DNA of 64,000 nucleotides. Source: Eledone cirrhosa (taxonomy: Eukaryota). Below, one piece after another: positions 16,512-31,220 of this stretch (position 1 is its first letter; each line of letters begins with the position of its first letter). A program made the position numbers and the translations under genes. The notes beneath the pieces were generated by a model. That model did no database searches. It was not told the DNA's origin and was given only the letters and a program-made list of their open reading frames with translations. The DNA is taken from the NCBI GenBank assembly GCA_964016885.1, contig OZ024749.1, forward strand, positions 23,746,001 to 23,810,000, given 5' to 3'.

Positions 16512-16512
<1 letters not shown>

Positions 16513-17043
16513 AAGCATGTGCAGTGCACATGATATAAATGGAGTTATCCTGAAGTATGAAGAGAAGTTAAAGTCTCGAAAATGTTCACGAGTAATGGAT
16601 GGTAGGATCCTCAATTAAGTGCAAGAATTGCAAAAGCTGGTGCAGCAATGCACCAGCTTCAACATTCAGTAATCAGAACAAAGGAAGTAGGCGTAAAAGC
16701 TAAACTCGCTATATTCAATTGGGTATTATTGCCAACCTTTACGTATAATCATGATAATCATAAATCTAGGGTAATGACGGAAGGAGTACGGTTGCGAACA
16801 CAAGCGCCCGTAATGAGCTTCCTCCAAATGGTCTTTGGAGTAAGGGTCTTTGGAGTAACGTTACTCGATAAAGTGCGTAGGGCAGATATCAGAGAGCCAT
16901 TCTATGTAGAGCCGGTAGTTTTCCGTATTGGGAGATCACAGCTCCGACACAATAGGCATGTTTTTAGACTCGCTGGACAGATTTTATGGGCAAAACAAAC
17001 CGGCAGGCGACCCATCATTGCACGGCTAGAACTATTTCATTAG
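16512..17043 (+). mobile_element. Decayed RTE-clade LINE 3' fragment
   Basis: ORF 16648-17043: KAKLAIFNWVLLPTFTY..GVTLLDKVRRADIRE..RSQLRHNRHVFR..GRRP, the typical post-RT region of RTE elements. Confidence 0.75.
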
Positions 17044-18736
17044 AAAGAACTTATCAGGAGATATATAAAGTATGTATAGTGTGACATCTATATACTACTA
17101 AAAGTCTGTGGTTGGTTGGTTGCTTGCTTGTATGTAATGTAATACAGCCAAAAGCACCATGTTGGGAAAATACTTTGAAAGCAAGTTGACCCTGAAACGG
17201 GAATACAAATGGAATAAAACGAGTTTCGCGTAAATCGGAGGATGGGTTGCCGAGATATGGCGTTTTCTGGGTACCTTCATAAATAGCCAAAACGGTGCAT
17301 AATGGGGAAATACTTCGAAATTAACATATACCTAAAATGGGAATACGAACGGAATAATACAAGCTTCGCGTAAATTGAACCACCGGTTCCCTGTAGTCGT
17401 ATGAAACTTAAAATACATAAAATGCAAGGGTGGGTGATGATATGTGACTTTCTTATTTGAAGACAGAAATTGAAATGATGTGAGAAAGTTTATTTTGGAT
17501 CTATTTCAAACAAAAGTAGCGACGGCTTACATTGCTACTCATTAGCTCAAACGTTTCAAGGTTACCCAATAGCTATTATAATATTCACACACTTCAATAT
17601 AATCGATTGAAATTGTTCGAGAATTTAATAACTGTTCGTGTAGATATATTACAGGACTAATAAGTTACTGTTTCTTCCAATCTCCAATATATTTGTTGAC
17701 ATTAATGTTATATGTCGAACCGAGGAAGTTATTTAAGGAAGAAAGATTTAGCTTATAGCTCTGATATGAACATGGAATATTAAAAATAAATCAGGTTGAA
17801 GCCATCGCTCCGAGCCAGTGGTTCAATAAACATTTCTCTTTAATATATAAAACGTAGGCTTTAATATGTTGTTGTGTATAAAATCCTGCGGAGAATTTTA
17901 ATATCTTTGTTATCGTGTAAATCCATTCAGTTATTGCGCGTCGTTTGTTCTAATAAACTGTAAAACGTTTTGTGTATGATAGCTCATATTGATGAAAGAC
18001 ACATGTTTTCGTAGAATGAAGACAAGATTTTCTCTACGTTTTACCCCTAGAACAGAGATTAAAGCTATGCGAGATCCATCAAAATGCATTAAATGTTATT
18101 GGAAGATATCCAGGGGTGCCATTTACTTGAAAATCCAATAGGCAATATCTCTGGTAACATATGTAATGCAGTGAACCAATAAATTTTAAGTTATTAAGAT
18201 TAACATTTGTTTTGAGGAGACAAAATAATTAATTCGCTTCCTGTGGAACAGGGACCACATTGTGTAATTTGCTTGAAATTCGGTAGTCATTTTCATGAAT
18301 GTGTGATTCCTGCCAGAAGCTCCCTCTGTCCATATATAACTTTTAGTTGGTTTTATAAAACCTTCTTTACAATAATAGATGACATAGGATTTGGAAAATA
18401 TTTATCATAAATTTAGGTAGTACGTAATTTTACGTAGTATTCGCTACCATGATACGTATATTCAGACAATTTGGATTGAACTTCCGAATCTGAATTTTGG
18501 AAAAGTTATATCTTCACAGGGAAAGCATAGCTTATCAGTAAATTCCTAAACAGTTTTCGAAAGAATTAAAAGAGAGAGGTGAGAGAGAGGCAAATATATA
18601 TTACTGAAAGCTATATGATGGAAAAAGTGACACGTATAAAAAAGGAGTCAATATCAGGAGTGGAGAGAGAGGGATAGAACGAGAAAGATAGGGGAAAAAG
18701 AGGGTTTGATAAGCAAAAGAGAAAGAGAGAGAGAGA

Positions 18737-18813
<77 letters not shown>

Positions 18814-18969
18814 ATATATATAGAGAGAGTCCGTGTGAGATATAAAGTCAGAAAACAGTCATGGATAAATATGTAGTACTGTAAAATACAAGAGAATCAT
18901 TGGTTATTCACTCTAATGGAATCATCAATGCATGTTTGCATGTGTGTGTGTATATATATACATATATGC

Positions 18970-19091
<122 letters not shown>

Positions 19092-19159
19092 ATATATGTA
19101 TATACACATTTACGTTATATATACATATGAATACACACAAACATATATTTATACACGTT

Positions 19160-19191
<32 letters not shown>

Positions 19192-19314
19192 TATGTGCAT
19201 ATATATACGTATATATATATATATACATATATACATATATATGCATATATATACATATATACATATATATGCATATATATACATATATACATATATATGC
19301 ATACATATATATGC

Positions 19315-19403
<89 letters not shown>

Positions 19404-19664
19404 CGCAAATACACACGCACACACATACACACACACATATATATATATATACACCAATACACATATCTATATATATTTGTATACATTTATATATATATCG
19501 ACACAGTTACAATTATTTACCACCCTATCAGATTAACATCAGTAAAAGCAATTTGTGACTGAAACTACACTTTATTCATATACATATTTTTTCTGTTATT
19601 CTTATTAGAAAAAGTTATCTTCCACAATATAAATAACTAAACATACATAAACACATATATACGT

Positions 19665-19739
<75 letters not shown>

Positions 19740-19837
19740 TGTATATGCGTATATTTATATGTATACATACTGTCATAAATATATGCTCTCTCAGATGTGT
19801 ATATTTATATGTAAATATATATGTACATGTATCTATG

Positions 19838-19894
<57 letters not shown>

Positions 19895-19974
19895 ACATAT
19901 ATGCATATAAATATATATATGTATGTATATGTATATATATATGTACATATGAATATATATAAATATATATATAC

Positions 19975-20011
<37 letters not shown>

Positions 20012-20087
20012 TACATATATATATGTACATATATATATATATATGTACATATGAACATATATAATACTTATATATATATATATATAC

Positions 20088-20118
<31 letters not shown>

Positions 20119-20147
20119 TATATGTACATATACATATATATATGTAC

Positions 20148-20231
<84 letters not shown>

Positions 20232-20454
20232 TTACATATATATGTACATATATACATATATATACATATATATACATATATATATAAATGTATATATATA
20301 TATATATACATACACACACACACACATATATATATATACATACATCCACCTTTTGTTCTTGTGCTCTGAATATTATATTTTAACAATACAACAATGTAAC
20401 ATAGATTTATTTATCTAACGGCAATCAATGCGAACGAGACTTACGTTAACGAAA

Positions 20455-20479
20455 CAACAACAATAACAACAACAGCAGC

Positions 20480-20516
<37 letters not shown>

Positions 20517-20640
20517 GCAAAAATACCATCACTAATACAACAATCAGAAGAGCAACAACAGTTATACCATCACCAACATCAACAACAGAAATAACACCAC
20601 CAACACAACAACTACCACAACAAACATCTTGAACGTCACC
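20455..20640 (+). repeat. (CAA)n-derived microsatellite
   Basis: Direct reading. Confidence 0.9.
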
Positions 20641-20971
20641 AAGCATAATTATTGATTAATGATTTAGCGAGAGAAAAGAATGTACAAACAAAAGATACTT
20701 AAGAAAGATGTATTAGTGCTAATATGTGGTATTGATAGAGTAATTAGTAATATGATATAAATGTAATTAAATCTAATAATGAATGAATAAGAGTTTGTTC
20801 TGTTGTATCTGTGATTGTGTTTGTTGTATTTTAGCCTCCATTGCTGATAAGAACTAAAGTAGGAACTTGCTTGTACAAGCATTAATTGAAATGTGTAATA
20901 TATTAAGATATATCACTCTAGAATTGTATAGTATAGAATACCATTCATATATCTGGGAATAGAATATAAAT

Positions 20972-21002
<31 letters not shown>

Positions 21003-21073
21003 GTGTATGTATATATATGTATATATATATGTATATATATATATGTATATATATATGTATGTATAAATATGTA

Positions 21074-21130
<57 letters not shown>

Positions 21131-21159
21131 ATATATATATGTATACATATATATATATG

Positions 21160-21208
<49 letters not shown>

Positions 21209-21223
21209 GCATATATATCTATC

Positions 21224-21369
<146 letters not shown>

Positions 21370-21399
21370 AATGTATATATATATATATGTATATATATG

Positions 21400-21430
<31 letters not shown>

Positions 21431-22031
21431 GTATATATATATGTATATATATATATGTATATATACATATATATATATGTATATATATATATATGTGTGT
21501 GTGTGTGTATACATATATATATGTATATATATATATGTAAATATGTGTGTGTAAATACACATATATAGACATATATATATATGTATATATCTATTTATAT
21601 CAATATCTCTCTTTCTCTCTACCCCTCTCTGCATTGAATATATATATATATATATGTATGTATATATATACATAGATACATATATATAGAGAGAGACGAA
21701 AACATGTACACATATATATGGTTTAGACCTATACGTATAAGATGATGAGGTGATCATTTTACATGCCAAAGTATATCGATTTGATTAGAGATTGTTATAA
21801 GATAAATAAATATATATATATTGGATGTAAATATTGGATATTGAACATAAGGCCGTATACATTACATGTGCAATATTAAATTAATCATAGTAGTTTAGCA
21901 ATATCGGCATAGTGATAGAAATTCTAGTACTGAATTCACGGAAGGGTGAGAATTTGAGTTTGATTTACTCCTATATATATCAGCACGTGCTACCTCCTAG
22001 GGAACTTCCCTTTCTGATCTAATATATATAT

Positions 22032-22073
<42 letters not shown>

Positions 22074-22247
22074 TTATATGTCTGTCTGTGTATGTATATA
22101 TATTTAGCATATATATTAAAATATTTATACAAATAAATGTATATATATATATTTAATATATATTAATATATATGTATGTATATATATATAGATGTATATA
22201 TATATATATATATACATATATATATACATACATATATATATATGTAT

Positions 22248-22292
<45 letters not shown>

Positions 22293-22481
22293 GTGCATAT
22301 ATAGAGAGATAGAAAGGGTGAAGTTGGAAATAGCATGGAAAATATATTTTAGGGTCTGTTTTTCTTCTTTTTCCGTTGTTTGATTCGTGAACGTGACATT
22401 ATTGAAAATATGACAGTAGTGAAAGAATGAGGGAGGCAATACTTTTAAAAAAGAGTTTTGTAATGAATATAAAGTATATAA

Positions 22482-22528
22482 AGTATAACCGGTTTCGATG
22501 TATTATTAAAATTCATCTTATCAAATAT
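22482..22528 (-). ncRNA. Degenerate hammerhead
   Basis: TTGATAA-gatg..catc-GAAA-ccgg-TTA, with palindromic ACCGGT. The core has two substitutions. Confidence 0.4.
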
Positions 22529-22683
22529 TGAGTATTTCAATTATTACAAGAAGTATTAATAAGAATTAAAAACTAAAAATTAAAGATTTAAAAGTAAGTG
22601 TTGGTGTAACGTTTTGTCCCGTCCTCCTTGCTCAGAAGGAGACTGGATCCACTGTTTTGTATAGAACCTTACTTCCCTTTTCT

Positions 22684-22779
<96 letters not shown>

Positions 22780-23318
22780 GTATGAGTGTATGTGGGTGGG
22801 TGTGTGGGTGTGTGTGTACATGCCTGCGCGTGTATGTATGCATACACTGGAACATTACAGAAACAACCGTCACACTACATCTACCAAAAACTAATAATTT
22901 TAATTCTAAAACAGCTTTACCTGCTTGTAAACATATATTGTTTTATCTGATACCTTTGCCTTGCAGACATTATATATGCCTAGTGCCATAGCTTATTTCC
23001 TTCCTGTATATGCCTATTGCATTTTCACTCTCTACACGCTTGCATATGTACTGTAGTGTCCGCGTTTTACTAGTAACTTTCTACTTTAATGTCTCTTTAA
23101 TTGTTATACTAATCTCTGGCGCATTCATTCCACTCTATGCCTTTTTAATTTATTAACTTTTAATTTTTAATTGTAATTATTGTACAATTCTCTGGAATTC
23201 TATGTCACATCCATTCCACTCTGTAAATACGAAACTGTTGTTAGCAACATTATTATCCATGTATCTATATGAAAGTTCAGTTGAATAGGAGGTTAATTAT
23301 ATGTACAAACATTGCTAC

Positions 23319-23365
23319 TGCTCCGATGACTTCAAACGAAAGTTTGGAAGAAACGATTGTCAGCA
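23319..23365 (+). ncRNA. Hammerhead of a family-J-related element (homology extends ~23250-23545)
   Basis: tgct-CCGATGA-c-ttcaaac-gaaa-gtttgga-a-GAAA-cgatt-GTC-agca. Helix sequences differ from 14465-14516 but pairing is kept. Confidence 0.75.
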
Positions 23366-23568
23366 TTAAAATGATTTGAACATAGCTTTGATTATTGTGT
23401 AATTTATATTCCGGCTCTGTAAAACATCTCATGTATTTACATTGAGCTATTTTTCTTACTGATAATAAGTTAGTAATAAATTACTGACCCTTCCTGTTTA
23501 TAGTTGTATATAGTGTATACATAACTATAAATAATATTATTATGTATGTATATAGATAGATAGATTCA

Positions 23569-23600
<32 letters not shown>

Positions 23601-23965
23601 GTGTGTGTGTGTATAGCAATTTCCAATTTCTAAAGAAATACGGTTTTAGGAAGTCGTAGCTATGCAAACGCTGGAACCACCAGAGGGCGTTAAAGTTAAT
23701 TTTTGCTGGACCGGCAATCGCTCTGTATAATCAGCTCCTGATTATTACTGGAATTCTATAAGAATCCAGGTTTTATAATCTTGGTCGAAAGCGGGGAATG
23801 CGTGGCTCTGATGCTCGCCAACAGCGTGAAACAGACTGTTTGTTAGCTTCTCTCCCTTCTTTCGCCGAAGAAAAGTAGTAAGTGACACAGTCACTACTTT
23901 AAAACTGATAGGATATGGTCTTCAAAATGTTTTTAATTTAGCATACGGTATATTGCATTCATACA

Positions 23966-24029
<64 letters not shown>

Positions 24030-24564
24030 GACATACATATACGTGTGTCTATGTACGTATATAATGTATTTAAGTATGTGTGTATACGTGATGCGTTTAT
24101 ATATGCTTGTATATAATTTGAATTAGAAATTTTCACCGTATTTTTTACCACATACATATAAGCCTCCTTTAAGGGGGTTTATATGCTGTGTTATTAGAGT
24201 ATATTCCGTAGTGAAAAAAATACAATACGTGGACCGTCGGCTGAACACTTGCCAGTTCGAAACGGCAAGAGCTCAGCTGTCGAGCACCACGTCTGTAATA
24301 TATTTATATTCTACTATCCCAGGCATCGAGTACTCTACTAAATAATTATCACAAAATGGGGAAAAATATTGCTTAATTTCCATAATTTTTATATAAAATA
24401 CATCACCAGTTTTGAAAACAAGATCGTCTTATACAAAACACCAGCATCAACAGTTTTCCTAGAGATGGCGATGTGAATAGCCAGTTTTTTTTCCCTAAAA
24501 CATTTCTTTTTCCTTTCTGCCACGTCCTTCAATATCTCTACTTCGTCTTTAATTCATTATTCTA

Positions 24565-24600
24565 TTTTCTGACGAAGGGCTAACCCCAGAACCGTTACAA
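24565..24600 (+). ncRNA. Degenerate minimal Penelope-type hammerhead
   Basis: CTGACGA-agggctaacccca-GAAC-cg-TTA. Confidence 0.45.
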
Positions 24601-25094
24601 CCCTTTTACTACCATTGTCTAACTAGATCAAATCTGGTCAAATCCAGATCTACAAAGACACACATATTCCAAGCGAGGGCGACTTGAACTGGCCTGTTGT
24701 TTTTCTCTAAGAATATTTTTTACATTTCTGATAATGACGAATATACATTTCAAATTTTTCTGTAATTTCTCATTCTATTTTCTTTTATAGGATCACTCTC
24801 TTCAACGTTAAACCTTTTTCCTCCTATATCAAGCGTAAAACTAATAATGCTTTCTTTATTAACCACAAGGGTTTACATAAAGTAGATATTAAGGACAGTA
24901 CAGGACAATACAGGACGGTACAAATGTGCATTTCTGCGTGTAAAAAAAACAGAGGATGTAATAAAAAAATAACAATGAAAAATTCCCAATAGGGGGGAGA
25001 CTTCCGAGGGACATTTGTGGAGAAAGCCCATTAAAAGGCCACAGTGACCCTGACCACCAAGGCAAGTGCCCTCTCCCAGTTTTCCACCTTTAAT

Positions 25095-28000
25095 TTACAG
25101 ACAGATACTCAGAGTAGGCCCATTCACTCGGGCCGTACGTGCTTCTCTCACCCATCTTTCAACAAAATGCTGGGAAGAGAGCACTTACCTCTCTACCCTG
25201 ATTTTCCTTTTCAAATGAACTTTGAAAAAGTTAATCAAGGCATCACCGAAGAGGTAAGTGCTCGTCTTCAGCACTTTCAAAGGTGTCCACCATACTATCA
25301 CTTTCGCCATGGCCACGAGACAGCAGGTGTTCGACATAAACCCACAAGTCAGCAATGCTCGGACACCGGACGAGTGCGTGCAGGGCGGTTTCGTCGTCCT
25401 GCGTGCATCTCGGACATTCCCGGCTGACGGCACCTCCATGCCTGTAGAGTTTATCCCGAACTTGCAAAGCTCTTTGGTAGCACTGCCAGGCCAGGTATTT
25501 CTAGAAGTTGTCCATAGGCCCCGGCCCGAAAGTTCTTCCGTAGAGATAGGCTAGTTGATTTTCATCGACGCCTAGAGTTTCCCCAAGTACGTCGTCGCTC
25601 TTCCCCTCCACTAATCCTCTATAGAACGCCAAGGTGGAGTTTCCACGGATCACATTGCCCGATTGGTCGAGGGCTGTGAGCGCCTAAAGACATTCCAGTC
25701 TCCAAGCGCTCCCTCTCGGTCTTCGCTTGACCCAGGACTGCAGCTCCGTCAAGGAGACGAGCTGGGGAAAGACGCGTCTAGTAAACGGCAACAACACCTG
25801 ATCACCGTCGAGGAAGAGGTGGAGATGTCGTAACCTGAGTGCGTGTCTGCGCATCATCAGCCACGGCATTCCCAGCCCTCTACGTAGCGGGTGTTGACAG
25901 CAGATGGACCGCCTGACCATCGGAGCGCGTCCCTTCCACAAAAAGCGAAAGAGCAAACTATCCAGCACAGTCAGGCGGAGCTTAGGACATGGTACGACTG
26001 TCAGGCGGTAGTAGATGACGGACGCGATATACGCGTTAGCCACCTCCGCTCGACCTGTGAGGGATAGCTTCCTCTCCGCCCATTTCTGGATGAGAGAAGC
26101 CACCCTGCTCGTCACCTCGTCCCAGTTTTTGTCCGTCTGGAGATCCGGACCGACCCAGAACCCGAGCAATTTAACCGGTCCGTCCGTCCAGCGCCCGACG
26201 ACGCTGTTTGACGGCATGGGCCTGCCTCTCCAGGTGCCGAGCTGCAGGCCCACTGACTTTTCCTGTCACCGCTTCGTATTATCTTAGTGTAGTGCCGATC
26301 GCCTCGATGTGTTTGGTGTTCGACACCACCACGGTGACATCGTCCGCATATGGTGACACGGATCTTCCGCATCCTAGTTCGCGCGGGACGCCCCTCAACG
26401 TCTCCAGTTTGTGCAGTAATGGCTCGAGAGTCAATACGTACAAGAGGGACGAGAGGGGACATCCTTGGCGAACCGAGCGCATGATGCTGAACGGTTCCGA
26501 AAGGTGACCGTTCACTCTCAACACAGAGCAGATATCGCTGTGCATGGCAGCGATCCAGCCTCTGAAGACGGGCCCAAAGCCAGCCGCCCTCAGGACTGCC
26601 GCTAGGTAACGATGGTCGACCCTATCGAAAGCTTTCGACTGATCTAAATTGATGAAGGACCCACCCGTGCCAGGTTCCCTAGCTACCCTCTCTACGATGT
26701 ATCGCATGAGGTGGAGGTTGTCGTGGATGGATCTGTCGGGAATGGAGCATGTCTGCGTCTCTCCCACCAGACCACCAACGACAAGCGCCAACCTCTTTGC
26801 TAGCACCTTGGCCAAAATCTTGAACTCTGTGTTTAGCAGTTATGGGTCTAAAATTATCTATGTTATCCCTTGGTCGGATCCTTTCTCAGCAGCGCCACAG
26901 CCCCTCGGCTCACAAAGCTTGTAATTCTCCCGGTCTGTTGCCAGTTGCAGTAGACGTCCGCCAAGAGGCCTCCGAACAAGCCTGGCATCTGTACGTAAAT
27001 TTCATAGGGCAGCCCATCCAAACCAGGCGATTTACCCCTTGTGCAGCCAGTCATTGCCCCCTGTACTTCAGCGGCAGTCCCTCGAGGTAGACACTAAAGT
27101 CCATCCCTCGATCCGGCCTGCCGATGCCCCCCGAACAGCTGAGCGAAGTGTCGCTGAAAAGCTTCACACATTTGCCCAGGATCGAGACGCATGGGCCCGT
27201 CGTGGTCCACCAAAGATCGGATCGTGGGTTTGTTGCCACGACGCGCCTCCGCCACTCTGGCCCATTTAATGGCTTTCGTCCCCTTGTGTCTGAGAGCATG
27301 CACCCTAGCTCTGACAACGCAGACTTCGTGCTTTACATTGAAGAATTGGACAAGGGCCAATTTCGCCGCAAGTACGTCGGTCGCGATGCCTTTGCTAAGC
27401 GCCTCGTCTAATTTTCTAACTAATTATCCCTCTGCTCTATTTTTCTCTATTACTAAACCTAATGGACTCTATTCGAATTGCTCTTTTCAGAGCAAACCAC
27501 CACTTGTTGTTGACGATGGCCCCCGCCAACGCCCGCTTAACTAGTTCGCTAATCCGGTCTCTGTAGGCCTTGCGCGCTGGTAAGGACGAGTTTAGCTTCA
27601 TGTAGCCGGGTCCTCGTCTATGAAGCCTATCTAAGTCAATCACACAGATCACGAATTTGTGGTCCGTGTAGCTGACTATCTTGAATTGTGGACAGCCTAT
27701 GCTAGACCTATCTATTTCCCTACAAAATACTCTATCTAGATATGATCTGGATGACCCTATGCGATTTGTCCAAGTCGACATTGGCACATTCGGGAAATCC
27801 AATCGGTACCTGTCAGATAGTTCAAAACGCCTGAGCAGGTTCGTGAGGCTCTTGCACCCTCCTCCCCTATCCACTAATCCCACACAGTCCCAGCGTGCAT
27901 CTATGATCCCGTTCCAGTCGCCCACTAACACTAAAGAGCGGGACGTTCCAAGAAAAGTCTCTGGACGCCGGAAGAAATCAGGCCGCCCTGCTCCTGTCGG

Positions 28001-28338
28001 GCATAGACGGCCACTAGCCTGAAAGCTTGCCCGTCTCCGCTGGTCACGTCTAACACCACCAACTTACCTTCTGGGTCCAGGAAGATGGCCCGTATGGCGA
28101 GATCCAAACCTCTCCGAAAAAGCACAGAAACTCCTCCACCCGATCCCGGACGGCTGGGAGATGCGTACACATCGTAGCCGCCGAAGATCGGTGCGAAGGC
28201 CCGTGCTTCGGAGATTCTGGTCTCGCTGATGGCCACTAGATCTATGTTTAGTGACCTGAGGTCGTTGAGCAGGTGGCCCTGCTTCCATGACGCCCCCAAG
28301 CCACGCGCATTTATGCTGCCTATTCTGAGTGAGGTCAT
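25095..28338 (-). pseudogene. Tx1-type ORF2 (APE endonuclease + reverse transcriptase + CCHC knuckle), disrupted
   Basis: Motifs across several frames: IGSINARGL, VAISETR, VGDWN, YLDRVF, YTDHK, KSPGLDGLP, LDQSKAFDRVDH, VRQGCPLS, PYADDVTV, GLGMP, CPRC..ETALHALVRCP. Confidence 0.92.
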
Positions 28339-28372
28339 GTTGAAATGGATTGGAAAAGATGGGAAAGACCAC

Positions 28373-30564
28373 TTACCTTACTTCTTGTAGAGGAAGGATG
28401 GTTTGTCCATCCCTTTCAATGCTTGTGTCCTCCTCGGGAAGGATGTCCTTATAAATCCTCCTGGAGAGTGTTTGTGAGAAGTCTCCGATGTCTTTGGGGA
28501 ATTTTTATTTTAGTGTCGTGTACGTTTTCTGTGTGATGCGAGTGATTTGTATGTGTGGACGTGGTGTGAAGTTTTGGGTTGTTGTGTAGACTTTTTCTGT
28601 GATGCTGGTGTCGTCTTGCATGTAGTTTAATAATTGGTTGTTGTTCAAATTTAATTATTTCTACTTTAGGCACAAGGCCATCAATTACCCAGTGTATTAC
28701 TGGTACTTTATTTGATCGACCCCGTAGGGATGAAAGGCAAAGTTAACCTCGGCAGGATTTGAACTCAGAATGGCAAGGGCCGTAACTCAATGCGCCAAGG
28801 CACGGCGTCCGACCCTCTACCAATACTGCCAATCCACCGTTCAAATTTAATGCTGTGTAGTGTGTATCGTTTTGGTTATTTTGTTTTGTTTGCGTTTGTT
28901 GTGGGTTTGTTTCTGTTACGCTTTTTGGTGACTTTTGTGGTGTTGGTGATGGTGGTGTTGGGGTTAATGATGGTGATGGTGTTGGTGTTTGTGGTGATGG
29001 GATTGGTGATGCTGGTGTGGATGGTGGCATATCTGTCCTAACTTTTTTGTTTGATAATGTATTTGTTTCCCTCTGTATTTTGTTTTTGGAGGGGGAAGGA
29101 AGAGACATTTTTCTTTTCGGGTTTCTTTTTTTCTTTTTTCCTGATACCGTTTCCCACTCTTCGTCGTCACAATCTGTCTCCAGTTGCGATAAGCCGGGGA
29201 GTGTAAAATCCTCCACAAGCGTTGGTTTTGGTTGTGGCGTGGTGGATGGTGTAGGCGCTGGTGCCAGTTCTGGCGCATTGGGTGGTGGTGGTGGTTTTGC
29301 TACGTTTGCTGGGGTTGGTGCTGTTACAGTTGCTTCTGTTGTTGCTGCTACAGTTGTTGCTGCCATTTCTGCTGCTGGTGGTGTTGATGGTTGAGTCACT
29401 GGGGTGGCTAAGAGAGGTGGCCTCAACCGTGTAGCCTGAGAGCAGAAAGCCCTTAAGTGGGTTCCTTCACCACAAACGACACCCTTAGGCCTTCTGCCCT
29501 CGACGATTGCGGTGAGGTGGCTGCCGTCAGTGAGGTCTATTACCTCTGGGATCTCCTCAATGCTTTTATGGTCCGCTTGGATCAGGAGCTCCATCCCAGA
29601 TCAGGACCAGTTCTCCTGCTTTTCTTTCGCTATTTCGATTATCTTTGTGTTGGCCTCGATGCCGGCGAGGACGGCAGCCATTAGCCAGGGAATTTCGATG
29701 GCCGGTGGAACGCGGGTCACCTTAATCTTCACAAGTCTCTGGCCACAAGAGCTTGGGACGAGTGTGAAGTCGTCACTTCTTAATGGGGCCATGGAGTGTT
29801 CTCTGGCCTCCTGTGGTGTTACAAAGAACACGTCCACGGTTCCATATTTCTGCTCACGTCTGATGTGTGTTCTTTTTGCCCACACATGTCCCAAAGCTTT
29901 TTGGATTTGGGACTCGGATGCCCGTTCGACTCGGCGCGATTTCATGTTAATTGTCCGATAAGAGACGGTGCATAGGCGACGATGCTCCATTTTATTAGGT
30001 GTGGAGGCTGACCCTGTACCCATCTTTCTTTACCATTCTTTTGGCTTCTTCTAATTCCTCCTGAGTTACCTGGATCGGTTCGCACGTTTTTGCTACTCTG
30101 GCAATACTCAGGGTAGTTTTCTTAATTTCATTGTTGCTGTTGTTGTTATCGTTATTTTTGTTATTGTTAATTTTAGTTTCAGTTGCGGTGGTGGTGGTCT
30201 CAGTGGTGTTCGATTTGGAAGAGCTCATTTTTGTTGAATTCATTTCGATAGCACGAGTTAATTTATTTTTTTCTTTTATTTCTGTTGTCGCTGTGGTGTC
30301 GGTGGGGGTTGTAGCTGTGGTGGGGGTTGTAGCTGTGGTGGGGGTTGTAGCTGTGGTGGGGGTTGTAGCTGTGGTGGTGGGGGGGGGGGGGGGATTTAAC
30401 ACCTGCCGTCATTAGTAATGGCAGGAAATGAATGTCCGGCTGAGACAAATTAAAATATTGCTACTGCTTATATTTTTAGTGTTGGCTAACGTAGTAATAT
30501 TTACAATGGTGGTGTCGGTGTGAGGTGTTAGTTTGTGAGGAAGGAGTGACTCTGAGTCTTCCAT
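28373..30564 (-). pseudogene. Tx1-type ORF1, disrupted and interrupted by a SINE
   Basis: ATG at 30564 (MEDSESLLP). Fragments 29995-30402, 29601-30023 and 28743-29594 with VEGRRP..C..H...C, P/T-rich tracts and WETVSGKKKKR. Confidence 0.7.
28656..28838 (-). mobile_element. tRNA-derived SINE inserted in Tx1 ORF1 with a 13-bp TSD
   Basis: TSD GTTCAAATTTAAT at 28643-28655 and 28839-28851. A/B boxes TGGCAGTATTGG..GAGTTCAAATCC on the minus strand. Confidence 0.92.
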
Positions 30565-30780
30565 GATTTTTCAAAGAAATTTGTTTTGTTTGATAATTAT
30601 AAAAAGTTTAAATTTTGGCTCAAGGCCCCAATATTTTTGAGTGTCCTTTTCTGAAATCAATGTATGTTCACTTATATACAGTTAACAATAAACATTTTCC
30701 ATAAATGGCAATTTTAAACAACTAAAAATAACAAACCTTTGCGGAGCTCACGATGATACGATTTACTACGTAGGTCGCCA

Positions 30781-31220
30781 ATAATAATAATTATAATTAT
30801 TTATTTATTAGCCACAAGGGCTGACATCAAGAAAAACATTACAGACGGTACAGGACGGTACGATGTGGGTTTTGTGCGTGTAAATATTTTTATTATTTAT
30901 ATAAGAAAAGAAAAAAGGACATAGAAACATATATTTATATAAACAATAAAAATGAAAATTGAAACAATGAATAATTCCCCAATAGGGGGGAAACCTCCGA
31001 GGGTTACTCGTGGCGAAAACCACACAAAACACCACGGCCACCTTGACCACCAGGGCAAGCGCCCTCTCTCAATTTTTCCATTTCTCAAACTACAGACGTA
31101 TATTCAGAGCGGTCTCGTTCACTCGGACCATTCTCGCTACATTCACCCACCTTTCAACAAACTTGCTAGAAGGCAGCACTTGCCTCTCCACTCTGATTTT
31201 CCTCTTCAATGTCGATTTGT
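30781..31220 (-). mobile_element. Second, 5'-truncated Tx1-family 3' end, abutting the 5' end of the long copy
   Basis: Homologous to 24850-25220 (CCACAAGGG, TTCCCAATAGGGGG, CTTGACCACCA, CTGATTTTCC). Has a (TAA/TTA)-rich tail at 30781-30810. Confidence 0.85.

Larger units (their letters stand above)
24843..30780 (-). mobile_element. Near full-length Tx1/L1-clade non-LTR retrotransposon (frameshifted)
   Basis: Two-ORF layout: a low-complexity ORF1, then ORF2 with APE endonuclease, RT and a C-terminal zinc knuckle. Short AT-rich 3' end. Confidence 0.9.

Noticed and set aside
17150-17380. Internal ~140-bp duplication (AAATACTT.GAAA..GGGAATAC..GGAATAA..TTCGCGTAAAT)
   Set aside because: Probably part of an unidentified repeat; no termini or TSD could be defined.
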